64,000 nucleotides of DNA from Anthoceros angustus (lineage: Eukaryota > Plantae > Anthocerotophyta): positions 1 to 64,000 of the forward strand of contig VJWM01000172.1 in the NCBI GenBank assembly GCA_010909165.1. Reading direction: 5' to 3'. The position numbers and the translations under genes were made by a program. Positions 24,101 through 35,420 of this stretch are shown here, piece after piece. The first letter of the stretch is position 1, and every line of letters begins with the position of its first letter. The notes under the pieces are model-generated. The model was not told the DNA's origin. It ran no database searches and worked only from the letters and a program-made list of their open reading frames with translations.

Positions 24101-25289
24101 ACACGACATGACGTATTGGTGATTCAATCTTCTAACAGAGATCAGGTTTCTAGTCATCTCGGGCACATGGTAGACATCTTCTAACTTGAGTGTGTTTCCA
24201 GTAGGAACTATTAACTCAAATGTGCCACGACCAGGTGAGACTAGAGACCTATCGTCCCCAAGGTAAACATATTGATCAGAAACTGATCTGTATGTTTTAA
24301 ATTCATTCCTATCAAAGCAGATATGTGCAGTAGCACCAGTATCTAAGAACCATTCTGTTGGTTTGATTCACTTTGGAGGAAAGACAAGTGGAAGCGAATG
24401 GACTAGCAAACTCCCTAGTCCCAAGTAAGAGCGATGGGGTATTAACCTTTTTACCACAACATTTGATTCGCTGGTTCCTCCTTGCGAGGAACTCCACCGC
24501 TTTTATGCACTCTTTTCCCAATGGCAGCGGCTTGCAGTTGCGGGTTCACAGCTTCTTTGTTTCTTCCGGTGAGGATCCGCCAGCTACCTCCCACGAAGAG
24601 TTTCCACCACCTCCTTTGGAGAAGGGCTTCTTCCTCCTCGTCCTTGTTGTGAGGTGTACAGGGCCTGTTGTTTCCCTGCTTTCTTATGGTTGGTCCTGCT
24701 GGCTTCTTCTTGCAGATGGAACTCACGAGTGTGAGAAGCTCATTTCAGGCATCTCTATGCCTTGCTTTTAGCTAACAACGTAGCTTGTGTTTGAGCAAGA
24801 TGAGAAGTCACGAAATGTGACCATGACTGAAGCGAAAGAAGGAGCCTCATCACCATCTCATCATCTCCAATGGCAACTTTGGAGGCACCACAGCCGTGAG
24901 GCTAGGGTCCTGAAGGTACTCACGTGTTTCTCCACCGAGTCACCGTCCTTCATCCTTAGGTTCAAAATTCCTTAGAGTCATTGCGCTTACCATGTTCGCT
25001 GCGTAGAGTTCCTTTAGACGATTCATGATTTCGGCCAAGTATTCACCCTGCGCCTCAACATCTCGGTTGTCGCCACCGCGTATGAGGTATTTGGCTCATC
25101 CTTAGCTAACCATTCTTCCTCTCCAAGATCCTCGTCTGGTTTCACTACTTTTCCAAGAGCATGTTTGAGGAGGCCTCTCATTTCGAGAACGCCTCCATTC
25201 TTATAAGCCGATGTCAAAGTCATTTCATGAACTGTCCTTCTCCTTGAAGGACTCACTTCAAAATTATGTGTAGAGGATGTGTCACCCAT
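21200..25289 (-). pseudogene. Copia C gag-pol, heavily frameshifted
   Basis: WFLDTGATAHIC (about 24320-24360), LWHARLGH (about 23930), integrase remnants, EPQSYAEAL..WEKAIKSEYDSL, PYRQAVGKLIY, FTDSDYAG, HIEVEYHFIRD..NPADILTKAL. Confidence 0.93.
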
Positions 25290-26449
25290 TTTGGGTTCTG
25301 AACTCCTAAGAGTTTGTCCTCTGATTGAAGAAGCTTTCTAATGTGTCTTCTTCCGGTCACTAGCATGAACACTATCATGGGCACTGTAGCCACTATTCTC
25401 ACCATCCATACATTCTACTTACAATGCGTGTTGGTTTTGTGGTTGTGTGTGCGTCTATGGTTTGTTCCCAAAGCGCTATGCGCGACTATCTTAGAGTTTC
25501 TCATCTCAAACTTATTGAATGCGTAAGTGGAGCATGAAGGGCAAGAGTTAGGTGTATCAAACTTCCTTTCATGCTTAGTTTTACTTACGTGCTTGCATCT
25601 TGTGCCTCGAATCTTTGGGTTGGCCAACAACTCGTTTCAACATTACAAGCTTGTAATCTAAGTGTGTTAGCTCTTTCAAATCCTGCATCAATGCTAGCCA
25701 AGCGACATGACACAATCGGCGACATGACTCAATCGACATCTGTTTTCAACATTCCTATTATTAGCCTCAAGACGCTGAACAATTGTGTTTACACCTACAG
25801 ATTGTACAACACCTGTTGTGAGGAAGCCGCGTTGGTGTATGTTCTCAGGAAGTGGCTGATGTTGCACCGCTACTGTCAATTGTGAATGTCAAGTCAAGCT
25901 CTGTTGGGAATAGCAATTCGAGAAGTGTGTTGAAAGCTCCTCGCAATGCGTCTCCTTGTGCTTGATTTCTGGGCAAGTTGCTCCACTGTAGGATGCGCCC
26001 ATGTAATTGATGTGCTGTGGTTTTGTCTCTCGGCATTTTCTCGATCCCCTTGGATTTTGATTGTTCCTCCTAGGATTCACCGGGATTTTGGTAGATGTAA
26101 TTTTCCATGGCTATGTGCCACGATTGTATATACAATGCAATTCTGCATTTTCTGTTTTCTTTATATGATTTTTACATATTTGCCACCAGTCAGTTTAGTG
26201 CCTCCATTGAATTGCTCAAGTAGCAACTCAACTGAAGTGCGCTAGACTATCTCCTGATCTTGCGTAATCTATATGAATTTATCAAAATAAAAATAGAAAT
26301 AAAAACAAGAATACATCCATTCTTTTCTATCTTATGTTTCTTGATTTTAACTTATTTATAAACAAGAAAACAATCAAGAAAGCATTGTGCATATTCTCTG
26401 ATGCACAATTTCAATGTGCATTCATTTGAATGCAACCTACACTAGGTTG

Positions 26450-26461
26450 GCTCTGATACCA
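26450..26461 (-). promoter_or_regulatory. tRNA-iMet primer-binding site of Copia C
   Basis: TGGTATCAGAGC on minus strand abutting the 5' LTR. Confidence 0.95.
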
Positions 26462-26720
26462 TGAAGATTTTATGGACTAATGTAGATCAATTAAACATTA
26501 TAGAATAATTACATTGTTGGATCAAGAAAGAAGTAAGTTGCTTATGCATGAAAAGACAACTAAAACTAAATTCAATGAAACGTTGTATCTATTCACTTAG
26601 AGACGTAACCCTAATGAAACGACACCATATCTAGTAAACCCTAGCTTATCATATCTTGGTAATATATGGATAACTTAAACCCCTAAACCCTAACTATGAT
26701 ATCAACATTGTATATCATTA
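26462..26720 (-). repeat. Copia C 5' LTR
   Basis: Direct repeat of 12139-12397, followed by TSD AGGCC. Confidence 0.97.
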
Positions 26721-27318
26721 AGGCCTGGGCACAAGGCGTGTAGCGTTGCTGAGCAGAATTGTAAGACAGGAATGCAAGGACATCGGGTGGTAAGCTCCGC
26801 ATCCATCTGGGCACCGAAGACAATCCAAAATTCACCAAATTCCTGGTGTCGTTTTTGCGGCGCGCATGTGCGTGGTGTCCCGCATGTGTCCTTTGCCCAC
26901 AGGCTCTAGTACGTGAGCGTCTTGCCATGGGGAAAAGCAGGAGGCTAGGGGGCAAGAGAGGGAAGAGGCAAAATGCCTCTCTACCATACTAGAAGCCATA
27001 AAAAGGGAGGTAGGGCTAGCAACCCATCAAATCTGATTTGAAGAGGGTTGATCTAATTAAAGAGGTAAACCCACCAAAATCTAGAGATTAATCGCGATGG
27101 TTAGTTGCTAGACCTATATGCTAAAGCGACTAAAAAACTATGCCTAGACTCATTTGAGTGCATGGGCAGAAAAGCAGCAATGCTATATTCGGGACGACAT
27201 CGTAGCATCCGAAGGTATTAGTGCGGTGATCGATAGTCTAACGTATGGCTCGTGCTTAGTCCATCTTCTGCCAAGATAGATGAACTCATTAGATCTAGCC
27301 ATCAGGATTAAGCATCCT

Positions 27319-27330
27319 GCTCTGATACCA
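27319..27330 (-). promoter_or_regulatory. tRNA-iMet primer-binding site of Copia A
   Basis: TGGTATCAGAGC on minus strand abutting the 5' LTR. Confidence 0.95.
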
Positions 27331-27518
27331 TATAAGATTATATGGCATGATGCTCAGACATGAGAAGGGAAAAACAATTGAATAATAATCATCATACACT
27401 TGGTTACATCTCCTTTTATAGTCTCCCCGAAAGGGTGTGACTCTTGGTGTAGAGGGTTAGCCTAGCCTAACTAGACTGATATTAGAATCAGTCTAGACTA
27501 ACTAGACTGATTCTAATA
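27331..27518 (-). repeat. Copia A 5' LTR (188 bp, with a terminal inverted duplication)
   Basis: Matches 1849-2007 plus 29 extra nt forming a 17-bp perfect hairpin at 27480-27518. Confidence 0.93.
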
Positions 27519-27775
27519 ATTCCGTGCTCCCATGCGGGCAGACCTGGACAAGATCTTCGACGAGGGAGGTTGGGTGCCGGAGATGCAGAAGATTTGGCAG
27601 AGCCTAAACTCCGAGCTGGTGGAGCGGGTGATGGCCTACCTGCTGGCGACTAATCGAGTGCGATGCTGGGTCCTGGACCAAGCCTTCAAGAGGCTGCTGG
27701 CACCCAAGGCCGGCACGGGCTTCGATGGCATCAAACACTCCCTGGGCGTGGCGCCGGAATCAGAGGTAGAAACTC
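27519..27775. repeat. Right part of repeat B, resuming after Copia A
   Basis: Continues attccgtgctcccatgcggg and matches about 43299-43575. Confidence 0.9.
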
Positions 27776-27789
27776 TGATAGTCCTGATA

Positions 27790-28700
27790 GTCCTGATAAC
27801 TGCCAAATACCTTCCTTCCCTGCTTGAGTTAAGGAACAATATTTTGCTTCTGTCGAACTAAGAACTACAACCTGTTGCCCTTACTATTCCAGCTAGTAGT
27901 TGTGCCCCTAAGCAGGTAGACATAGGTGCTAGTGCTTTTCCTATCATTAAGGTTTCTAGCCCAATCGACGTCAAGCCTACGAGTTGGAGAGGCTCATCCT
28001 ACTTGATGTGTGATTGATATAGAAGTCCCATATTTGAAGTGGCCCTAAGGTATCTAAAAACACGTTTAACAGCCTTCTAGTGGTCCTGTGTGGGATTAGC
28101 TAGGAATTGTGATAAAGCTCCCACAAGATACATAAGGCTCCCTACTACTGAGGAGTAGGGAAGCTCATTGGTATTAGAGTATTGATCCTGTTGCTCATCG
28201 GCTATGCTAAGTTTAAGGTTAACTTCTATTGGAGTAGATATAGGTTTGATTTCTAACATTTTATACTTAGTTAAAATCTCATGAATATATTTTGATTGGT
28301 GGATGAATAGGCTTCTACCATTTCTATATCTAAGGACTTGAATTCCTAGATAGTAAGGAAGGTCCCTGCATGTGATTCTAACAAACCTTTTTGAAAGCAT
28401 TTACCTGGTATCTTCGAATATGTCCTTAGAATGAGGCATGAGTACAATATCATCTACATATATATAGACTCCTAACACAATGAAATGATTATCGGATATT
28501 CTAATGTAGATGTTGCTATCTAAGTCTAGCCTAGTAAAACCTAGGGCCGTAAGACTAGTATCTAATTTAGAGTTCCATTTCATGGCACTTTGTTTGAGTC
28601 CATATAATACCTTTAATAATTTACATGCATTATATTTTACCTTCTTTTTAATATGTATACCCTCGGATGTAGATATCATGATCGAGATCGCCATATAAGA
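27790..28700 (-). mobile_element. Degenerate AT-rich Copia RT/RNase H fragment
   Basis: AFLYGDLDHDIYI, LYGLKQSAMKWN, YVDDIVL, YYLGIQV, LPYSSVVGSLMYL; paralog at 47085-47750. Confidence 0.9.
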
Positions 28701-28855
28701 AAGCAGTTTTTATATATAGCTGGATTAGTTCATAATCATGGTGAGAGGCTAATGCCATAAGAGTTCTTAAGGATGTAATCTTAAGTACCGGTCAAGGTTT
28801 CTTCGTAGTCGGCCGTGTAGTTGAGAGTACCTTTTCACAACTAACCTTACCTTAT

Positions 28856-30100
28856 GTGTATGTGGATGATTTGATTATTGCTAGCAATAACATGGAACTC
28901 TTAGACTCAACAAAGAAAAGCCTTAATGCAAGCTTTAACATGAGAGATTTGGATGAGCTCCACTATTTCCTAGGAATAAAGGTGGAGAGGAATATGGCTA
29001 ACAAATTAGATCTCTTTGAGCCAACAAACGTATGTGGAGACCATACTAGAGCGTTTTGGCATGCAAGATTGCAAACCCATGAAGACGCAAATAATCTTCA
29101 ATGAGAAGCTATCGCAGGAGATGAGCCCTACAAACGAAAAGGAGAAAGAGAAGGTAGATAAGACTCTCTACCAACGTGCCATTGGCTGTCTTACATATTT
29201 GGCAACATGGACAAGGCCCGACATTGCGAGGAGGCGTGGGAGTTGTGAGTCAATTCTTGGCCAACCACGGACAATTACAACATTATCAAGCAATCAAGAG
29301 GATATTCGATACTTATGGCACAAAACATTGGAAGTTGAAATACCAAAACGATAGACAACAAGAGGCCGGTGGTTGGATTTTGCGATCCAAATTGGGCTAG
29401 AGATGTCGATGGCCACAAGTCTACCATGTAATATGTGTTTATGCTATTTGGGGAGCCATTTCATGGAGTAGTAGGCGTCACCCTCGTGGCTCTCTCTGAT
29501 GGAGTACATGGCAATATATGTTGCAACAATGGAAGCAATATGACTATGACGATTGCTCGAGAAATGGGATTTAAGCGAAGGTGCAATAACCATCTTCAAC
29601 GACAATAAGGTTGCATTTACTTAACGAAGAATGCTACTTTTCACACGAGGACGAAACACATTGAAATAAAGCATCACTTCATCAGAGAGAAAGTTCAATC
29701 CAAGGAGCTAGCTCTGAAACACATTGAAATAAAGCATCACTTCATCAGAGAGAAAGTTCAATCCAAGAAGATAGAGCTAGCGTATTGTCCCACTGTGGAC
29801 ACGCCTACAGATATTTTGATCGAAGGTTGACTTTAGAGAAGCACGTTAAGTTTAGCAAGATGTTAGGTTTAAAAGAGTAGTACCGATGTGTTGAGTGGGA
29901 GTGTTAGAAATCTATAGGATTGGTGCAATACATCACATATTAGAGTTATGAGAAATAAGTCCTAGAAGTATATAGGATAATCATAGGATCGAGATAGGGT
30001 TCATACTATGGAGAGTGTGTCAAGGCCAAGGGCTATATATATGTATGCATAGCACACCATTTTTCAATGTACTGAACTTAGAACTTACTGTGTTCTAACA
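28856..30100 (+). mobile_element. Truncated Copia 3' half (RT-RNase H, PPT, 199-bp LTR 29902-30100)
   Basis: YVDDLIIAS, HYFLGIKVER, YQRAIGCLTYL, KHIEIKHHFIREKV (duplicated about 65 bp), GAGTGGGAG then TGTTAG...CTAACA. Confidence 0.9.
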
Positions 30101-30507
30101 TATAACACTATGGGAAAATTGTCCACAGCCACGGTCCCTCGATTCAGCTGAACATCGGAGAGCTTGAAATTGCGCCGGACTCGGATGGGGAGCAATCTCA
30201 AACAAACGAGAGCAAAGGGGATATTTCTAAGTCACAATGGAGCATAGAGTTAAAGCTCTGAATGTCAAAGGGACATTGAGAGCTCCCAGAGACGTGAAGT
30301 TCCCATTCGTTGGAGACGCCAATGGAATACAAAGAATTATCGCACATTTTACGGCCAAGCTGCGGACCAACCAAGATATTGTCAGCCAGTATGCTGCCCC
30401 GTGAGTCAGCATGTGTAGCCGATCACATGGATTACTAAAAGAGTTCTTGCGCGTGCAGGACTAGTCTGTTTGCAGTTTGGTGCAGTCTGGGTCGCGCAGG
30501 CCAGACT

Positions 30508-31973
30508 GTGATGGCAATGTCGAGCCGGCGCTATGTAACGCTTTCGACAGTGCTGGTGCTGGCGATGGCGATGGCTAGAATGGGGTCAAGCCAGCCGGAC
30601 TGTAGCGGAGTGAAGGGCAGCCCAGAATTGTTCATCACGGTGAACAGCGGCACGCCCATGGACTTGATGCAGCATGCTGTCGACGACGTCGGCTCTGGGG
30701 CGAATGATGACATTTCTTTCTTCAAGCCCAAGTCAGGCTACTGGTTCGGCCATACGGCTATAAATGCCTACCGTGACCTAGGGTAAGCCGCAATGATCAT
30801 GCAGTACCAAGCGTTGCAACTCCTTCATCTTCAATTTCTGCAGTGCACCTGTCGTGGTGTAGAGAAGGGTGCGTCACGCCGTGCCCTGCATGGGTTCCCA
30901 CACAACTGGCCAGACTGTCCTAGCTGTAGACCAGACAGTATCGGTAGATATGTTTCAGAAAGATGTATGTATGTGTGATTGGAGCGTCCCGGTGCAGAGC
31001 TGGAGAAGCAGGGTACACGGTGACTTACACAGGCCAGGTGAACAGCAGCATCGGCTCGCCCCTTGCACTACCTGTTGGCTGGCGGCGAATCTGGGGGCTC
31101 CAGGCCTGCGGTCCGTACTTTGTGGGTTTTAACAACGCATATGGGATGCACTGCCCTGTTCCTCCCCCAGGCTACGTGGCGTTAGGATGCATCTTTCGGA
31201 AGACGGATTGCGTCCGCAACCTACCATCCGGCACAGATGTCATCCAGGCCGACTCTTCTTCTCCTCCCCTGCGTCGGAGGTTGAGAACCTGGTGACGCTT
31301 CGCGAGGATCTCGCTGCTCCGGCTTTCTCTACAAAACCACCTGCATTCCGACTGTGGGCGTCTTATGGATCAGGTAAGTACGTAGTACTTGTCGGTCGAC
31401 AGACTGGACTAGCTAGGCCTATCAATCCATTCCTGCGTGTGCTCATGGCCATGGATTTCTCATATTCGAGGAGGAGCTAATTCCAGCTCCCGCTGTTGAG
31501 GGCGCGCCGGTTTCCCATGTGCAAGACCTGCTTTCAGTATTCAGTCACTGACTTGTACATCTGGATCCGCAGGTGCAAACGATCACGGCGCGGTGTATGT
31601 GCTCTATCCCGACACCAGCGCTGGCTGCGGGGTCGGCTTGGGCCTCATGCTTGCACAGGGCGACTTCGACATTTATGATGCCACCGGCTTTGCTGTCCCT
31701 GATTTCACCAAAGTTCCTCCCCTGCTGCTTCTTTACACCCGGACCACCCGGTCCCGTGTGAGGTGAAGTCAAGTTTTGTTGTTCTGTAGATGCTCAAACC
31801 TTTGTTCTCTTCCCACAAAGTGCAAGGGAGGGCGAGCATTCACATTTGAGCTAGCGCCCATTCCTGTGGGCGCCTGCGCAAAGCTCATGATCGTGTATGT
31901 ACTGCGGCGGCAGCCAGAACACCGACATGGGCTGGAACTTCAGCTTTGCCTGCCCCCATCTTCACTACCATAG
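30508..31973 (+). CDS. Secreted Vps62/DUF946-like repeat protein; spliced model has a frameshift near 31260 (pseudogene or assembly error)
   Basis: Signal-peptide-like N-terminus; DDVGSGANDDISFFKPKSGY, IWG..CPVPPPGYVALGC, LWASYGS|GANDHGAVY; in-frame GT-AG joins 30782/30998 and near 31372/31572; last exon uncertain. Confidence 0.65.
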
Positions 31974-32299
31974 GGATCCCGTTGGGATGACCCGTCCACT
32001 TCGGCATCGCCGGCACCCTCTCTTACGCCGCGATGACGCCCAGATGCGGCAGCACCTGGAAACACCATCTTCAAAAGATCACAAATTTAACACATCACAA
32101 ATTCAACAGAACATCAGAAATTGAACACCAGGCTGTTGCTCACGACCAGATCACGTCCAGCCCTCTTTCCTGAATTTCAGCAAGAAGCTGCTACCCTCAC
32201 GTAAAGCTCCGACACTGGCACATAATTTCAGCAGGCAAACAAAGGTGACTTGGTGGTCCTTTCAGTAATGCCCTTCAGTCGCATGCTTGTGTACAGGGA

Positions 32300-32460
32300 C
32301 GTAGCTTCTTCCCCAGCTCACGCTGAGCATAGCCTGCCAGCATGACGTTCCAAGGCACAACATCCCTGGTGGGTAACCTGCCAACACCCATTCGGCCATC
32401 TTCTCATCTCCCATATTTTCCATACAGGTCCACCATGCTTTCGAGAGGCACACGGATTAT
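32300..32460 (-). pseudogene. PPR motif relic
   Basis: Minus strand reads LVDMYGKYG..RDVVPWNVMLAGYAQ. Confidence 0.7.
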
Positions 32461-32719
32461 ATAATGTTGGAGAATCCGCAGCAGCAAAACCCCTTAGTGG
32501 CACCCGTCTGTAGGGAGACGGTGCTTGTTGACCACACAAGACATGGTTCACCGGATGTTGCCCGGTCGTCGCTCCTGATTCTCAGCAGAATGAAGCTGCT
32601 TGCCCTAATACAAAGCTAGAACAGCAGCACTGGCTTTCAGCAAACATATCAAAGGACAGCTCCTGTGCTCTCCTGTTAAGAGCATTCGTGCATAAAGCGC
32701 CAGGGATTATTCCTGACCA

Positions 32720-32810
32720 ACAGGTGTTTGAGGACTTGCCTGAAAACATGTGGTTGCCTGGCATGGAATGCACTCATGGCGGGATACAGCCGTCAAGGAG
32801 ACAGTATCAG
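32720..32810 (+). pseudogene. PPR motif relic (paralog at 54105-54190)
   Basis: VFEDLPE..VVAW..NALMAGYSRQGD across small indels. Confidence 0.65.
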
Positions 32811-32814
32811 GCGC

Positions 32815-33935
32815 AAGTCCAGACACATACAATCAAGTATCAGGCTGTATGATGGTGTGTTCCAGTACACGGACGTTAGTATTCAGACATGCCTCTTTAC
32901 CATCAGCAAGACTGAAAACACAACGATGGAAACTCGAGCACTGACTAGCCAGGTACCTGAGGAGCAGCAATCTTCCAGTAGCTGCATACACACATATATG
33001 AAGACGATACCAACATAATAAAAGAGAAGGTGGGGGGTCGCTTCCTTTCACAGTCTCACTGCACCAAGGGACCCAGGGCTAGAGCCCGTGCATTCCATTG
33101 CCATAGTTGTTACAAGATCAGGGTCGGATGTTATAGCCATCCCTCACTCAAAAGATCAGAGCCTCCTTAAACTTGAGGCCACCTCCCATCTCGAGGTGCC
33201 ATGACTTTCAGAAACATCCCCGCTGATCGGATGCTTCGCTAAATCTAGGAGTGAAGTCAACAAACATCCAGAGCCATGGATTTTATCCTAAGCCAAACCC
33301 CTACCTAACAGTCCATATGCAAATCAAATCAGCCTGGTGTGAGCCCTTTGCCTTCTCTCAGGTTTAGGTACCGGTTGCAAGCTTTAGATACTGGAAAGGA
33401 GGGGAGCACTCAATTGCCATTTGCTTACTGAGCTCCTGTTCTCCAAAAGCCATCCAGATGCTTTGTTCTCTCAAGCTCCGTGCTTCAGTAGATGTCAGAG
33501 ATCACGTGTAAGACCCATTGCTATGAACGTCGAAAAGATCAAGTCACGCACCTCTGGTTTGTTCCCCACATCTAATAAATGGAGCAGTCCAGTCTTGTCC
33601 TTCAGGCTATGCTCGTACAAGGCCAGCACCTCCTCTGTCTCCTCTACGAAACACACATAAAAGGTGAAGACTCTGTCCTTGCTACCCCGCAGACGCAGCC
33701 GTCGGAGTCCCTCACTGCGGAGCCCTAGGATGGTTATGTGCCTGAAAACAAGGAAGACATCATACTCACAATGTTTCCTCCCGTCCTTCTTCAAGAGGGC
33801 AATCAGTAACAAGCTGCCAGCTCGACGCGTGACTATACTGTGTCCGGACAAGGCGCTGGTCACCGTCCCCTGCAACGGACTACAGGAGAAGATGAAGGCT
33901 TTCATCTCCTTGCTGCCTGAAATGTTTTGTTTCCC
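32815..33935. repeat. Local segmental duplication, paralog 47805-48945
   Basis: About 1.1 kb colinear high-identity block covering the 3' exon and downstream region of the orphan gene; part also at 54200-54420. Confidence 0.9.
33495..33935 (-). pseudogene. Orphan family copy with only the C-terminal half, fused to unrelated upstream sequence
   Basis: KQNISGSKEMKAFIFS...VRDLIFSTFIAMGLTRDL nearly identical to the 48503 gene; homology stops at about 33935. Confidence 0.75.
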
Positions 33936-34444
33936 CTCTGGATTGTCGTATGAGCAATCAACCGGGGCCATATGCGTTGATCGTCTATATGTTGGACTGT
34001 CACATGTTGAGAAGCTAAGCCAATGATTGAGCACCGGTTGATTCTGTTCCAGAATGCAAGGGAGTACCAGCTCTGCCAGATCTCTGAGCCCTGCGTGTGT
34101 TTTGCAGGCAAGTACCCCAACTTTGTTGTTCCTTCCACTAGAGCAGGCAACCATGGCCATATGCTTTGCTAGCTTGTGCTCACTTGAACTGTTTGCTGCA
34201 GTCGATCACTTTAATGTTCCTCCCATTTGGACAAGCAATTACTCGCCTCAGGCTGGGCCTGGCGGGACGGGCCTTCAAGTTCAAAGGCCAGCTACATCCG
34301 CTTTGCTGCGGCTTCCAGCAAGAAAAATCTAAATTCAAAGGAGTCTTGAGTTTAAATGTCAAATTGGAGTTTCAACGAACGTTCAACAGTGATCGCGCCT
34401 GCAGATGTTGGGTTTGTCGTCAACTTTTCCTTTCATGCATGTAT

Positions 34445-34974
34445 TGTCTTTGAGAGGCATACATTCGCATAACGTGGTTGTACAGGAATGTGTCCGTCGT
34501 ATATCTCTTCTTGACAAGAACATGAACACGGCGACCCAGCCCCAGACTCTGCTTCATCCCACATCGTCTAAGCACAGCAGAAAGCATAGACCTTGGAATA
34601 GGAGATCTTGTCTGCCCCAGATCCTCCAGAGCTTCCACTGCCTCACTAAGCTTCCCCTGCTGACATAGACTCCTTAAGGGTTCACCAATTTCGTATCCTG
34701 CACTGCTGCGAGGGCCAGGAATACCCGGCAACCTGGGCGTAGATGCATTCGCACCACGACGCTTCTGCTCATCTAGTAGAGCAGCCAGCTCCATATCCAC
34801 CCAAGGTGGCTTGTGCAAGCTCTTCAGCCGCAGAACGTCGCTGGACTCCTTATGACGGAAGTCAGGAGAACCGGACTTCTTGCCATGTTGCCTGTTGTCC
34901 CACCAAAGTGTATGGTCCAGAAAAAACTGTCGCCACAACAGCTCCTGCCGCCCACCCTCGCTCGAAGACAGCAC
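34445..34974 (-). pseudogene. Truncated PDF-motif + PLS-PPR gene (N-terminal part only)
   Basis: WRQFFLDHTLWWDNRQHGKKSGSPDFRHKES...PPWVDMEL then SLCQQGKLSEAVEALE..LRRCGMKQSLGLGRRVH..FLYNHVMRMY; breaks at about 34445. Confidence 0.85.
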
Positions 34975-35309
34975 GACCTCCTAAACGGTCTCTTGGGCTA
35001 CGAACTGAGCTCGTTGTAAGGCTCCTGGCCCTGGGAGCTTCGACGTTTCTTTGTCAAATCCAGGAAAGGTGTTGCCACAACAGGCCTAGCCTCCCTCTGC
35101 GAGAATGAAGTGCAACCCTTCAGGGAGGCCTGATTCGAAGAATCATGCGCTAGAGCTATGGGAGAAATCAAGCCTCCTGGACCCATGTACCCACACCAAT
35201 ATACTGCTCAATACAAATATATGAAAACTGGCAAGCAATTGTGCAGAGAGTCCGTTTCGTGTTCGATGCTTCTATTATGCATGACAAGCTTCCAGGATTG
35301 GTAGGAGTG

Positions 35310-35420
35310 TGATCGCACATTAGAAGGTTTTGGTCACCACCAAAGTTGTGCCATGTGCAGTGTTCAGAAGACCGTATGTAAGAGCAAGTTTCTCAGCGTG
35401 TCCACACAAGGCAGTTATGA
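35310..35420 (-). pseudogene. DYW:KP deaminase-domain relic
   Basis: ALCGHAEKLALTYGLLNTAHGTTLVVTK then a frameshift and lost CxxC. Confidence 0.85.

Larger units (their letters stand above)
12139..26720 (-). mobile_element. Copia C, 14.6-kb Ty1/Copia element with 8.8-kb cargo region, inserted in the Copia A leader
   Basis: 259-bp LTRs 12139-12397 and 26462-26720 (one mismatch); TSD AGGCC at 12134-12138 and 26721-26725; PBS 26450-26461; PPT GTGGGAG 12398-12404. Confidence 0.95.
1849..27518 (-). mobile_element. Copia A, Ty1/Copia LTR retrotransposon (about 6.2 kb native, expanded to 25.7 kb by two nested insertions)
   Basis: LTRs 1849-2007 and 27331-27518; TSD ATTCC at 1844-1848 and 27519-27523; tRNA-iMet PBS 27319-27330; PPT 2008-2016; gag-PR-INT-RT-RH order. 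Confidence 0.95.

Noticed and set aside
26450-26461. tRNA-like sequence
   Set aside because: Only the 12-nt complement of the tRNA-iMet 3' end (PBS); no tRNA or rRNA genes were found in the window
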